From IMG/VR virus record IMGVR_UViG_3300032075_000005, positions 1 through 47,799 of that record: a stretch of DNA of 47,799 nt. One strand, written 5' to 3'. Origin of the DNA: a virus (Duplodnaviria; Caudoviricetes). Below the pieces are notes generated by a model. The model did not search any database. It had not been told where the DNA came from and saw nothing but the letters and a program-made list of their open reading frames with translations. Position 1 is the first letter of the stretch. Every line of letters begins with the position of its first letter. Shown in pieces: positions 34,080 to 44,415 of the stretch. The position numbers and the translations under genes are program-made.

Positions 34080-35966
34080 TTATGATTCTAGAGCTGCAAC
34101 GCGAGCAGTTAATATTTCTACTTGCTCCATAAGTTCTTTTATACCAGCTACAAGCCACGGAACTAATTTGGAGTTATCTACCTGTTGTGGCTTAATTGAT
34201 CCGTCATCATTTATTGCTTCAGGGTCACCAGTTACAGATTCGGGAACTATTTGCTGAAGTTCATGCGCTAAAAATCCTACGCCATTACTATCATCAGCAT
34301 TCCACTTAAAACTAATTGGCCGCAGCGCCCGCACACGCTCCAGCGCCGCAGTGAGGGTGGTGATGGCATGCTTGAGGCGCATGTCGCTACTCGTGTTGAA
34401 GCTCGTGGCGCTGCCGGTCGTCGCAATGGATCCCACAGTGGTTCCAGCGAGATTCGCAAAGATCATTGCCGTCGCAATCCCGGTATCGCTATCTTCAGGA
34501 CGGAGCACAATGCCGTAGGTGGTGCCTTTGTTATACTGCACTGTCAGCGCTTGATTGCCTAGCGGAGCAGCGCGCACGCCCACCGTCCCCACCACCTGCA
34601 CCGCGCCGCCAAAGTAGGAGGGCGCGGTGCCATTCCCAAAGAAGTGATGGCGCGTTCCGCCAGCATTGCGACTTGAATAGAAGGCAGTGGAATCACTATC
34701 AATAGAAGCATTAAAAGCCATTCCTTCTATCTGAGCGTTAAATAAGCTCGGCGCAGTACCTTCACAGCGTATACCCCAGCGATTCGATCCTCCTGCGGCA
34801 CTCAGATATGAAATAAAGCCAAACTGATTATCCCCGCTACGGTCAAGCGTCCCTACATTCGCAGTAAACGCCGCACTCCCCCCCGTAATCGCCACCGCGT
34901 TCGCATTCTGCGTTGCCATAGTACCTAAACCAAGTGTTGTTCGTTGTGCCGTATTATCAGCATCGTCAAGTAACGCTAATCCTGCACTTGTAACAACAAG
35001 TTCTGAAGTTAAACCAGAATGCGCTGCTGCAACTAAATACTGTGCATCATTAGGTGCACCACCATCTGCAGGTGTAGAAGCACGTATACCAGCTAATGAA
35101 ATCCCTAAATTAGCCAACGTAGCATCCACAGCACTTTGTGCTGTGAGGGTTAATATATCACCTATAGCAAACACAGTATCGCTTGCCATAGTGAATGTAG
35201 CACTTGTAGCTGCTGCTGCGAAATTAATAGTACCAACAGGGGTGCCATTTCTAGCTATAGTAATTACGTACGCGCCAGTCGCAGCGGCAGTAGAAACACC
35301 TTTTGAAGTAGATAAATTCGCTGGAAATGTTACCTGCCGTGGAAACGGATAACGAAGCAATACTTGATTAGTTGGTATTGTTCCACTCCAGGTTACGCCT
35401 AAATCATAGGCTGTACTTGTAGTACTGCCACCTACTGCTGTAGCTTTTGCCTGTCCTGCTGTAGTAAAATCCCATGTAACTGTCTCAGTATCAGTAAGCA
35501 CACGTTCGCCAGTTAAAGTAGCATTAGTTGAGCTGGTAATATACTCCGCATCTGCAGGCGCTGGTGTATTCCACGTACCGTCGCCGCGTAAGAATGTTGT
35601 AGTATTTCCAGGTAACTTTGGCAATAATCCGTGCAAAGAAGTGCTCGAGTTTTGGGTAGTATTATCACTCAAGTTGAGCATTGATTCAGTAATACTGTTG
35701 TCTCTAACAAGACCAGTAATATAAGGTGTAGTATCATTATACACGTAATCAATAGTTGCTGAATCTTGTAGTATATTACCTACTGCATCCTGAGCTTGTT
35801 CATCAGTATACGTCGATCCACCACCGCCTGGAGTAGCAGATATAGTTAGCACATTTGCCGCGTCGTCATAATTGAGTGTTACATTCTCACCAGCATCAAG
35901 TACTGTAGCAACACGGTCATCTATTACTTCTGATGAAAGTGGCGTTGGCTGAGTTATAAACTGCAT
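34080..35966 (-). CDS. Tail fibre / receptor-binding protein with C-terminal intramolecular chaperone (peptidase S74-like)
   Basis: TSSDMRLKHAI..F.W..GFLAHELQ..PESV followed by a coiled coil; LGLGTMATQNA fibre motif. Confidence 0.85.
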   Translation of the reverse strand: MQFITQPTPLSSEVIDDRVATVLDAGENVTLNYDDAANVLTISATPGGGGSTYTDEQAQDAVGNILQDSATIDYVYNDTTPYITGLVRDNSITESMLNLSDNTTQNSSTSLHGLLPKLPGNTTTFLRGDGTWNTPAPADAEYITSSTNATLTGERVLTDTETVTWDFTTAGQAKATAVGGSTTSTAYDLGVTWSGTIPTNQVLLRYPFPRQVTFPANLSTSKGVSTAAATGAYVITIARNGTPVGTINFAAAATSATFTMASDTVFAIGDILTLTAQSAVDATLANLGISLAGIRASTPADGGAPNDAQYLVAAAHSGLTSELVVTSAGLALLDDADNTAQRTTLGLGTMATQNANAVAITGGSAAFTANVGTLDRSGDNQFGFISYLSAAGGSNRWGIRCEGTAPSLFNAQIEGMAFNASIDSDSTAFYSSRNAGGTRHHFFGNGTAPSYFGGAVQVVGTVGVRAAPLGNQALTVQYNKGTTYGIVLRPEDSDTGIATAMIFANLAGTTVGSIATTGSATSFNTSSDMRLKHAITTLTAALERVRALRPISFKWNADDSNGVGFLAHELQQIVPESVTGDPEAINDDGSIKPQQVDNSKLVPWLVAGIKELMEQVEILTARVAALES

Positions 35967-35978
35967 AGCATATCCTTA

Positions 35979-36167
35979 CTACGTAATAATATTCGTTTGC
36001 GATTGCGGTGTGGTTGTGACTATTGGACTTTCAGTCCCATTCACGCGCAATACTTCAAGCGCTACTTGTGAAAGCTCCACATCTACATTAGTTAATGTAC
36101 GGAGTATTTCTAATATAAGCTGCGAAAGTCTAGCATCTGTAGCCACTATGCTACCTCCGCACCACAA
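35979..36167 (-). CDS. Small tail-associated protein (start uncertain)
   Basis: Internal repeat RLSQLILEILR / ELSQVALEVLR. Confidence 0.55.
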   Translation of the reverse strand: MWCGGSIVATDARLSQLILEILRTLTNVDVELSQVALEVLRVNGTESPIVTTTPQSQTNIIT

Positions 36168-37189
36168 TTAACTGCATTTATTCCGGATTCTGTCCAGGCA
36201 ACAGATGTTGCCGGATCAGTTACTTGTATTTGCAGCGTGTATAATTGACTGGTGCTTAAAGCTATTGTACTACCAAGAATCTCTGAACTACCAGATTTAA
36301 TAAGTGATTTAATACTCCGTGTACCAGCATCGGACTTTAATGCAGCTAAATTTAATTGCGCCCCATAAATAGTACCAGTTGCAGCGGTTAAGTCCTGCAT
36401 ACCAAATAGCTCTCGATGTGTAGGAGTAGAAGAACTCACATAATCCGTTGTATTTGGCGCAGTTTCATCTACTAAAGTATAATGAGTAGTTCCAGTGCTA
36501 GGCGTCCACTGCTGCGGCGTCACATCGGCATTGGGCAGCAACGAATCGACGCGGCAATCCCCGAGGAACGTATTGTGGGGCGCGCTCCCGGTGCCATCAC
36601 AAATATAGAGATCATCAATATCGAGACTCCCAGCGCTACTCTGCACCGTCCCACACTTCAGCACGGTCGCGGTGGCATTAACCGTCCCTTGCGTATCGAC
36701 TCCAGTTAGAGCAAGCCACGAGACGCCATTGACGCGCACCTCCGACTGCCCGATACCCGCATTACCTACGAGGAGCCGCCATTCCAGATAGTAATAGGTA
36801 TTCAGACTCAGGACATTCGTACTCGTCCCCAGCGTTGCGGAGCCCCCACCACGCACCAGTACTGCGCCTGTATTCGTAATGCCCACATCCCCTTGCAAGG
36901 TCACACCATCCAACCACGCCAAGAGCACGACCAGTGTCGTTGGAAAGGCAGTGATACGGACGGCAATACCTACCAGCCACACCTGCTGCGCATCCAATGT
37001 AAGATGGAGACTACTTCCCGTTGGACACCGCAGTGAGGCGGTGCTGCGCCTTCCAGTGCCCGCACTAATAGCCGGAGAGCCCGCCGACACGCCACCCCAC
37101 TTCTTTCCGAAATCTGCTGTCGCGTAATGATCGAAGCCATCTATAAAGCGTAATGCCATACGTAAATTCCTACTATAAGAAGCTGGCAC
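36146..37189 (-). CDS. Tail-associated protein (LamG/ConA-like beta-sandwich); start probably MALRFIDGFD
   Basis: FIDGFDHY..YYLEW..EVRVNG..IDDLYICD. Confidence 0.65.
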   Translation of the reverse strand: MPASYSRNLRMALRFIDGFDHYATADFGKKWGGVSAGSPAISAGTGRRSTASLRCPTGSSLHLTLDAQQVWLVGIAVRITAFPTTLVVLLAWLDGVTLQGDVGITNTGAVLVRGGGSATLGTSTNVLSLNTYYYLEWRLLVGNAGIGQSEVRVNGVSWLALTGVDTQGTVNATATVLKCGTVQSSAGSLDIDDLYICDGTGSAPHNTFLGDCRVDSLLPNADVTPQQWTPSTGTTHYTLVDETAPNTTDYVSSSTPTHRELFGMQDLTAATGTIYGAQLNLAALKSDAGTRSIKSLIKSGSSEILGSTIALSTSQLYTLQIQVTDPATSVAWTESGINAVNCGAEVA

Positions 37190-38042
37190 CTAATCCAAGT
37201 ATTGCACCAGCTGCCATTCCATAAGGGCCTGCAGGAGCACCAGCAGCAGCACCACTAAGTGCACCACCTATTGCACTCACTGCTTGTGAGGGCTTATTCT
37301 TTTGCTGTCCTGCTGCAGCACCATTAAGCACACCTACCATTGCGCGCGGCTCTTCAAACAAGTTCATATTCCATAGCTTATCAGCAGCAGCATATTCGAG
37401 CTGTTTCGTATCTACGTCGATTCGAGTAGCGTAATAAAGCTTGGTCATTTCTAAGTAAGTTGTGATTACGCTCTTATCCCAGTCTAAATGAGTACGCCAC
37501 AACTGACTGCTAAGTTCGATTGCGCTAAGTCGTAATCGCGATTGAAATTCGTTCATTTGTCGTACTGTCGAATCAGCAATTATTGCTTTACCTATAACAA
37601 AAGTGGTTGATTGAATAGCATTAATATCACGCATCCCAGCAAGGAATGTAGGTAAGACTTTAGTTTTAACTTCGTTGTCGAGCAATTCTGCCTGAGCACT
37701 TACTGCAGCTGCAATTTCAGGACCATGAACTGCGTCTTCATATGTGCTGCTCCACAGCACATGAACGTCGAGCCCGGCCATGAACTTACCAAACATATCG
37801 TACAAAGATGGGAAGTTACGTATCTCGTAAGTTTTATCAGGTTCGTTTGGAACGCGTCCAAAGAAAGCATCATCGATGTCGTATTTCTCATAGTCCTTAT
37901 AAACACTTTGGTCGAATGCGTCATTAAGTACACGGAATATTCCGTACTTTGGAATTACTCCACCTGATTCGTCCATTAAACGCTTATGTGCTTGCTCTAT
38001 ATGTGGAGCAAAACGTATAGTTTGTGAACCTGAGCCACCCAT
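37173..38042 (-). CDS. Internal virion protein
   Basis: MGGSG N-terminus and Gly/Ala-rich hydrophobic C-terminus, typical of podovirus ejection proteins. Confidence 0.65.
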   Translation of the reverse strand: MGGSGSQTIRFAPHIEQAHKRLMDESGGVIPKYGIFRVLNDAFDQSVYKDYEKYDIDDAFFGRVPNEPDKTYEIRNFPSLYDMFGKFMAGLDVHVLWSSTYEDAVHGPEIAAAVSAQAELLDNEVKTKVLPTFLAGMRDINAIQSTTFVIGKAIIADSTVRQMNEFQSRLRLSAIELSSQLWRTHLDWDKSVITTYLEMTKLYYATRIDVDTKQLEYAAADKLWNMNLFEEPRAMVGVLNGAAAGQQKNKPSQAVSAIGGALSGAAAGAPAGPYGMAAGAILGLGASFL

Positions 38043-38064
38043 TTAAGTTATCTCCTAACACTAA

Positions 38065-38264
38065 GCGGGCATGCTGCCCGTACCTGCTCGGAGCCCCCTC
38101 ATCCAACGGAGTACACCAAAACCTTGCGAAGGCTCCTCATATAAATTCCTCGGGTCGAAAAGCTTGGTTAGCGACTGGAGGAAAAGTCCCGCCGACCACA
38201 GCAGACCATATAAGCTGGAGGCACCCTGCTTACCGGCCCGTTATGGTTAAAACTTAACCTAAGC
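38065..38264 (+). repeat. Dispersed structured element F
   Basis: Hairpin GCGGGCA/TGCCCGT, then ACCTGCTCGGAGCCCCCTCATCCAACGGA, ending GGTTAAAACTTAACC-TAAGC. Confidence 0.8.
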
Positions 38265-38706
38265 ATTCGAGTAGGTACTCCGTCTTTCCCGTATAGAATC
38301 CAGCTATTGCTAATAGCCGTGCTGCACGTGGATTCGATGTGAGTGCACGTATCTGCTTACAGCCGCTGTCTCGCGCGTACGCCTTTACGTACTCCGTTGC
38401 TTCAAGAGCTATGTCTTCACTGAGTGTGCTGTAGCTGTAGAATGCGTCTATATGCAACCTGTTAATTCCAGTAAGATTCTCCTGCACAATACAGGTGATT
38501 CCCATTGCACTTAAATTGCGGTCCTCGTCAAACATAAGCCAGCATTGATGCGTGCCACTAAGAAGCCCAGCAAACAACGCTTGTGTGTACTCATTTGCTG
38601 GTGGCTCTAGCTCCATAGCGTGTGTTGCACCGTACTTAATCTGCCACCAATACTCACTGATTTGGTCCGGTTGTAGTTGTACTATCACGTGCCACGCTCC
38701 CAGCAA
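38254..38706 (-). CDS. Hypothetical protein, possible GNAT-like fold
   Basis: Size, position before the internal proteins and YARDSGCKQI..GF pattern. Confidence 0.5.
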   Translation of the reverse strand: MLGAWHVIVQLQPDQISEYWWQIKYGATHAMELEPPANEYTQALFAGLLSGTHQCWLMFDEDRNLSAMGITCIVQENLTGINRLHIDAFYSYSTLSEDIALEATEYVKAYARDSGCKQIRALTSNPRAARLLAIAGFYTGKTEYLLECLG

Positions 38707-39790
38707 AAGCGCTTGATCCTAAGTTATGTACCAGTGCACTTCTACTAAACCGCTGATCGGTTGTCTTGAAACTTATATTTAGGTAGTCAATATCGCATCT
38801 TACCACGCGGCGAGCACGTACCTTAATCCTAAAGTCGATCCCTGCACATGCCAGGTACGCAATACCTTCAGTGTTGAGGCGTACCCATTTAGTGCAGCGA
38901 AAATCCTGCTTCATATCAAACCTGTAGTCGTACGCAATTTCGAGCCACTCTGGCACATCCGTACCTACTTGCACGTTAGTTATTGTCTTCTGTGAACGCC
39001 TTCCAAAATCAAGTATGTCTGTAGTGAATGAAAGTGGCTCACACTCAATTAGCGAAGGAGAGCTAACCTTTAATGAGCCACTCTCATACACGTACCCACT
39101 CAGCTTAGCATAACCACTACCCAACTTGTCCGCTGCTAGGACGAAGCCGTGGTCAGCATCACTAATCAGTACGTGCCTCGTGAATACGTCATAATGAAGC
39201 ACGGGGTTCATCAGTACTAATAAGTGCTCACTGAAGTTAAGGTACGTTAGGCCTTCTGCCGTAAGCTTCCAAAGCTGATACTTTTTGTCTATGAAGTAAT
39301 GAATATCATCAGTGCCACATACTGCGTCTTTCGAGAGCAGGCCAAGCGTAGCTAAGTTACGAAAGCTGAATGTGGCACCGGATGGTGCCATTAGCGTAAT
39401 GCCGTTATCTCCGTACACTACAGCACCACGGCCTAGCTGCTTAATGGCGTACACTTCGCCACTCCAGTCCATAGGACGGTAGCCAGCATCGTTAGTGACA
39501 TCTAATACGAAGCTAGCTTCACCTATCTTACTCCAGCCAACCCAGTTACGACGCTGCGATTCTATAATAGGATCAGCATCTAAGCGTAATGATAAGCTGA
39601 TTATGTTGGTACGTGATACTGTACCTTCTGCTATGCCGCCACGAATAATGAGTGAAAGCTCAATTGCTGTTAGGTCAGTAGTAATTGTAACTGAGAGCGA
39701 GCCTCCACGTAGCACTGGCTCTAAGCGTACAGCTCCGTCCTGATACAAACATTCGAAGGTAATATTAAGTTCTGGTCTAGCTTCGCTCAT
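38654..39790 (-). CDS. Tail nozzle / DNA-stabilisation-like protein, C-terminal portion
   Basis: Beta-rich; NWVGWSKIG..AGYRPM; TTDILDFG..KTI. Confidence 0.55.
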   Translation of the reverse strand: MSEARPELNITFECLYQDGAVRLEPVLRGGSLSVTITTDLTAIELSLIIRGGIAEGTVSRTNIISLSLRLDADPIIESQRRNWVGWSKIGEASFVLDVTNDAGYRPMDWSGEVYAIKQLGRGAVVYGDNGITLMAPSGATFSFRNLATLGLLSKDAVCGTDDIHYFIDKKYQLWKLTAEGLTYLNFSEHLLVLMNPVLHYDVFTRHVLISDADHGFVLAADKLGSGYAKLSGYVYESGSLKVSSPSLIECEPLSFTTDILDFGRRSQKTITNVQVGTDVPEWLEIAYDYRFDMKQDFRCTKWVRLNTEGIAYLACAGIDFRIKVRARRVVRCDIDYLNISFKTTDQRFSRSALVHNLGSSAFAGSVARDSTTTTGPNQ

Positions 39791-40206
39791 AATTCTACCA
39801 GTGGGTTTGCTATCGTAAAGGTGCCGCCGTCGTAAGTTGTTAATGTACTGCCAAAATCTATGTAGCCAATGACTGGCTTACTAGCTAAAGTATCATCATA
39901 CAGTATTGCTCCTTGACTTACAATATCACCAGCTGCAGCAAGCCAGGAAGGGTTGTTCCAAGTTGCGATAGTTATATTCGCCCCGTCATCTCTAGTGACA
40001 GTACCTCCTGCCATAGTCTGGCCTCCAGCTGTGTAGCCACTTCCTGTAGGTAGTTCATCTGCTGTTACATCTGAGTACGTATCATGCGTAGCTCTAGCAA
40101 ATGCGAATCCAGCTCGCATAAGTATTACTTTAAATACATCCGCACCAAAGTCAATACCTGCAGTCATGAGTAAATACTTACAGTTGTTTGACGGCTGAGT
40201 TGCCAT
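39787..40206 (-). CDS. Virion structural protein (139 aa)
   Basis: FKVILM..DEL..G.GYTAGG..YIDFG pattern of phage structural proteins. Confidence 0.65.
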   Translation of the reverse strand: MATQPSNNCKYLLMTAGIDFGADVFKVILMRAGFAFARATHDTYSDVTADELPTGSGYTAGGQTMAGGTVTRDDGANITIATWNNPSWLAAAGDIVSQGAILYDDTLASKPVIGYIDFGSTLTTYDGGTFTIANPLVEL

Positions 40207-40214
40207 ATGTACTC

Positions 40215-41408
40215 CTACAATTTAGCGTATTGTTCTCTAAATGGCCAGAACGGAGGATCATTAAGATTAAGAGTTTCCTCAAATGTTTCGTAATAGTTGA
40301 GTGGCGTTTGGATCTCTTGCCAACGCTCACCAAGATTACGTGACATAAGAATAGCAACTACATTTCCTTCTGAGCCATCGACACGCAATTTAGCTTGTGA
40401 ATATACAGTTATTAGGCCAAAGTTGTGAATAGTTGCTCGATCAACAAGTGTATCAAATTGCTGGACTGAATCCCAAGTAATAGGCGTGGACTCATAATCA
40501 TCCGTACGATAATCCGTGCCATCCGCAAGATTATAGAACAGCTTATCTGTTGCTGCAAAATGAACACTGGATTCTTGTAAGTCTCTAGATATAAAGCTGG
40601 TGCAGTTATTAGTACTGTAATAGAAGCATGGTCCAGCTGATATCCAAAAGCGTCCAGCATCTACGCGGAATCCAAAGGTTGTTGGATTACCTATTATTGA
40701 AGTTGTTGATTTAAGTGCCCATCCACTGCCAGTAGTAGTGCCTGAATATACACGCAGTTGGTTAGCAACAGAATCTATAACTGCTACGTACACGAGATTG
40801 TCCGCAGGATTTATAACAAGTGCAATATCTTTGACTGTGCCAGGCACCGTGTATAATAATGAGTATGAACTGCCACCATTGGTTGATCCTTGAACTTGCC
40901 AGGCACTAGATGTACGGATGATGCAAGCGACAATGCCACCGGCTGTTACAGCGAGTTTGCCGCGTCCGTGCAGTTCAGTAGTGCCAGGCCAATCCTTTAT
41001 ATTTACCGTAGTGTTGTTTACAACGTACGTGACCATACGTGGATTGGAAGTGATCTCATTGAACTGTTCACCAGCGATGTCATATGCGTAGTTATGAAAG
41101 GCTCGAACATTACCTGCCAGTGCTGCTGTGCCATCCCAGTTACTGTGTAGTATGTCTTTACGGAATACAGGAGTACTCCACACATTACTAGCGATGTGGT
41201 ACAGCAACATATACAACTCATTTGGTCTGTGGCGTCCAGCGATTACGTACAATACCCACGAGCCATCAGTAGCAATAGTTGGCTCCCAGCAATTAGCAGC
41301 AAAGGTCTCGTGAGAACGCGAAGTGTCACCACCACCCTTATGCCAGTGGCCGCATGGGTCATGAGCACGTAATTGTGGTAGTGGCGGCGCAATCCTAAGC
41401 ATGAGCAA
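40215..41408 (-). CDS. Beta-propeller-like protein with Asp-box/BNR-like motifs
   Basis: STNGGSSY, STNNCTSF and SRNLGERW. Confidence 0.55.
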   Translation of the reverse strand: MLMLRIAPPLPQLRAHDPCGHWHKGGGDTSRSHETFAANCWEPTIATDGSWVLYVIAGRHRPNELYMLLYHIASNVWSTPVFRKDILHSNWDGTAALAGNVRAFHNYAYDIAGEQFNEITSNPRMVTYVVNNTTVNIKDWPGTTELHGRGKLAVTAGGIVACIIRTSSAWQVQGSTNGGSSYSLLYTVPGTVKDIALVINPADNLVYVAVIDSVANQLRVYSGTTTGSGWALKSTTSIIGNPTTFGFRVDAGRFWISAGPCFYYSTNNCTSFISRDLQESSVHFAATDKLFYNLADGTDYRTDDYESTPITWDSVQQFDTLVDRATIHNFGLITVYSQAKLRVDGSEGNVVAILMSRNLGERWQEIQTPLNYYETFEETLNLNDPPFWPFREQYAKL

Positions 41409-42708
41409 GTACCTCTACTTCAATACCATTCTCATATACAATAGGTCCACATTCCAGCACGGAACATGAAAAGTCTTCAGGAATACTTCCTACTCCCAGC
41501 TGACCAGAGATATCTGAACCCCAGGCGTACAATGTTCCGTCAATAGATATAGCAGTATTTGCACGTAGCCCGATGCTGAATGCTTTCCAGCGCCTAGCAC
41601 CAAGTGATGGTGATGTCACAAGAACTGGTGTTTCGTAAGTTGTCTGTTGGCAGAAGCTATCATCTCTGCTTAAGAAGAAGCCATTACCCCAACCCCACAA
41701 ATTACCTTCATTGTCAAGCGCACCAGCCGCTGTGTCAAACACGTCAATTGCTACGTAATTACGATCACCTGGAAGTTTCGTGAATACTATGCTCTCGTAA
41801 TCAGGAGGTCCCACAAGTCCTACATCACTGCCTTTTGCATACACGTCACCGTTAGAAAGCAATACTATAACAGCATTGTACTCGCACTTTATACTTACCA
41901 CACTAACTCCAGCAGGAATAGTAAGTGGCAACTGTATAGGTGTAAGTGGTGGCCCTCCTGTCCATGAGTAATCACCCCAGGCCCAAATCTCGTTACTTTC
42001 AGTGACTATTGCATTCACGTCTGTATTAGCAGTGAATAATTTCACTGGCCCGGGCAGCCACGTCATCTCTACTGGAGTATACGCTTTGAATCCATCCGGA
42101 TATACTGTAGTTGTACCAAATGAGCCATTGTCATTCAAGCCAAGTGCCCAAAGTGATTTATCAGCTTTCTGCAGCAGCGTGTGATACTCACCTGACGCAA
42201 GTGCGATCCACTGATGTCCTTCCAGGCGAGATGGAATAAGTGATATATCACCACCTGATACATAGCGCGGCAATGTACCAGCAACTTGTTGCTTGTGCTT
42301 AACATCTTCTGGCCAGCCGCAGCTACCATAATAGCTACCTCCCCAAGCCCACATATAACCTTCAGAATCAAGTGCGAGATAAAATCTGTTAATATGATCG
42401 CAAGTCACCCAGTCTGATTTTGTGCCTACTTTAACTAAGTAATCTACATAATTGCTGCCAGTAGTATAAGTGTGTGAGATATGCGGATTAAATCCCGCAC
42501 CAGAAGGTACGGGCTCTTGTCCAGTATATGAATTGCTGCTTTCACCCCACACGAATAACTCCCCACGATTATTGAGTGCCATATGATTATCAAGCCCAGA
42601 ACTTACGTGAACAAATCCAAGTGGTTCTGGTCCTGGTGGTGGACAGTCGCCATTATACAGCATTGTCCAACGCGACTTTCGACCAGAAGGTGAAGTAACA
42701 ACTGTCAT
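41395..42708 (-). CDS. RCC1/BLIP-II-repeat beta-propeller protein
   Basis: Repeated SG..H..AL...G.L..WG....GQLG motifs. Confidence 0.8.
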   Translation of the reverse strand: MTVVTSPSGRKSRWTMLYNGDCPPPGPEPLGFVHVSSGLDNHMALNNRGELFVWGESSNSYTGQEPVPSGAGFNPHISHTYTTGSNYVDYLVKVGTKSDWVTCDHINRFYLALDSEGYMWAWGGSYYGSCGWPEDVKHKQQVAGTLPRYVSGGDISLIPSRLEGHQWIALASGEYHTLLQKADKSLWALGLNDNGSFGTTTVYPDGFKAYTPVEMTWLPGPVKLFTANTDVNAIVTESNEIWAWGDYSWTGGPPLTPIQLPLTIPAGVSVVSIKCEYNAVIVLLSNGDVYAKGSDVGLVGPPDYESIVFTKLPGDRNYVAIDVFDTAAGALDNEGNLWGWGNGFFLSRDDSFCQQTTYETPVLVTSPSLGARRWKAFSIGLRANTAISIDGTLYAWGSDISGQLGVGSIPEDFSCSVLECGPIVYENGIEVEVLAHA

Positions 42709-43166
42709 AAAATGCCTCCAACCAATAGCTGTGAGCTAACTTCGCACACGCACAAGCATGGAGGTATCTTACAATCAAGGTACTCAGCAAATATGCCAGT
42801 TTGTGGATCACGTGTAATGAGCGAGCTGCCATTTGTTAGAACAATATATTCGCCAAAGTCAGCACAACTCCAAGTAGTACCAGAAACAGTATTGCAAAGC
42901 AAATCGAGCGTGCCCAATTTGTATTCGTAAATTGCATCCTTATCACATACAAGTGTCATTCTACGCAAGTGAAACAGTTGTGGAAATGGCCACTCAGCAC
43001 CAGGCACACTAATAGGTGCTGGGAGTTCGTCTAACGTACTGAGTACCTTATCGTAAGGAATAGCACCAGCTAGCATAACCAGGAATTGGCTGTTGCGTGG
43101 ATTACGCGGATTTTGTCGTAGTCCATTTGCAAAGCCATCATCGTAAGTAACAGTGTATTCTCTCAT
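42705..43166 (-). CDS. Tail nozzle-like protein, N-terminal portion
   Basis: GLR..FPQLF..W..ADFG..IVLTNG beta-blade pattern. Confidence 0.5.
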   Translation of the reverse strand: MREYTVTYDDGFANGLRQNPRNPRNSQFLVMLAGAIPYDKVLSTLDELPAPISVPGAEWPFPQLFHLRRMTLVCDKDAIYEYKLGTLDLLCNTVSGTTWSCADFGEYIVLTNGSSLITRDPQTGIFAEYLDCKIPPCLCVCEVSSQLLVGGIL

Positions 43167-43510
43167 TTAAGTACACTCCTCGATAAGCGTACTTGCCTAC
43201 GTGCGAGCGGCGCGGCCTCTTTAAGCAATTGTTCAATGTCTACTTGTGGTGACTTGCGCTCGAGTCCTTCGATAACACGTGCAACCACATCCTTGTGATC
43301 TACTAAGTCTTTATTATCAGCGTAAAACTTTTCTGTGAGATCATGTAGCATAACCGTTCTGCGTACTAGATTCTGAATTACGCCCGGCAGAATACGTAGC
43401 ATCTCCTCCACAGCCTTATATACAAGCACTAGTGAGATCTCATGTGCAAGCTCATATTCGTGCGGTCGATTCTGCCAGGCATTGAATTCTTCTTCACTGA
43501 ACAGTTGCAT
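43163..43510 (-). CDS. Hypothetical protein
   Basis: Coupled ORF. Confidence 0.7.
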   Translation of the reverse strand: MQLFSEEEFNAWQNRPHEYELAHEISLVLVYKAVEEMLRILPGVIQNLVRRTVMLHDLTEKFYADNKDLVDHKDVVARVIEGLERKSPQVDIEQLLKEAAPLARRQVRLSRSVLK

Positions 43511-43516
43511 AATTAC

Positions 43517-43699
43517 TCACATCTTATTTTGTTTCTTACGTTTTTCCTGAAAGTCTTCGTCAGGCTCATAGCCCTGTTCGATAGCACGGAGCAAGCGAAC
43601 CTGTTTCTCAGCCTTCTTCTTAGTGGTTCGTTTAGCTTTAACGCCAGAAGGACTTCGCACTTCATATCCACCATCTTTCTTAGTTACTCTGTAAGGCAT
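43517..43699 (-). CDS. Small basic protein
   Basis: MPY..K..G.Y.V..TT..KAEKQVRLL. Confidence 0.7.
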   Translation of the reverse strand: MPYRVTKKDGGYEVRSPSGVKAKRTTKKKAEKQVRLLRAIEQGYEPDEDFQEKRKKQNKM

Positions 43700-43702
43700 A
43701 AA

Positions 43703-44413
43703 TTAACCTTCCATTTGCCGTATAGGAAAAGATTGCTGATCTACAAAGTCATATTCTAGTCCTTGCATCTCGCTACGAATAGCTGTTTCCCAGTCAGTTA
43801 CACCAGCACTGTTACGCTGAGCTATTTCCATAGCACGCATTGCTGCTAGTACTAGTATCCATGAGTGTTCAACGGACCAGAAATTCTTATCCGTATCATT
43901 AACCAGCAACGATTGATAGAAGTAGCCCGTTACCTGCACACTAACTTGCTCACCAGCAGGTAGATCAAGTGCTATTGCATTGTAAGGAAAATTATCCTCC
44001 ATTACAATAGTGCTTGGTGGCACTGTTAATTGACCCGCAATCTCGGGCTGAGTACGAATTGAGCACGGAGCATAGAAGTGTGGACAGCCACCATCCGTTG
44101 TGTTAAGAGAAAAGCAATGACGTATACGTTCAAGAGAGAGTGGCTTGAGCGTAACGACCACACCGTTTGTGTAGCTAATCCACACTCCTCTAATTACACG
44201 GCACTCAGGTACAAGTACATACCAGCCACCTTGTGCTAAAGTAGCATAATAATTAGCGGTAGACTTGAGTATTTCGAATGTACGATCGAGCCACCGCTGG
44301 CCACTAGCTATAAAGAAATCCGCACCAGAATCCTGATAAGATTCAGTATCAGTTATAAGATCGTAGCGACCGGATAACTCAATGAATTTGGTGCGAATTT
44401 CTAGTAGAGTCAT
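43703..44413 (-). CDS. Head-tail adaptor / tail tubular-like protein
   Basis: MTLLEIR..SGR..FFI..GQRWL; position after the capsid gene. Confidence 0.6.
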   Translation of the reverse strand: MTLLEIRTKFIELSGRYDLITDTESYQDSGADFFIASGQRWLDRTFEILKSTANYYATLAQGGWYVLVPECRVIRGVWISYTNGVVVTLKPLSLERIRHCFSLNTTDGGCPHFYAPCSIRTQPEIAGQLTVPPSTIVMEDNFPYNAIALDLPAGEQVSVQVTGYFYQSLLVNDTDKNFWSVEHSWILVLAAMRAMEIAQRNSAGVTDWETAIRSEMQGLEYDFVDQQSFPIRQMEG

Positions 44414-44415
44414 AG

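Noticed and set aside
38178-38189. RNase P RNA-like GAGGAAAAGTCC
   Set aside because: It has an extra A, there is no matching 3' P4 strand (ACAGAA..CGGCTTA), and the region is too short.
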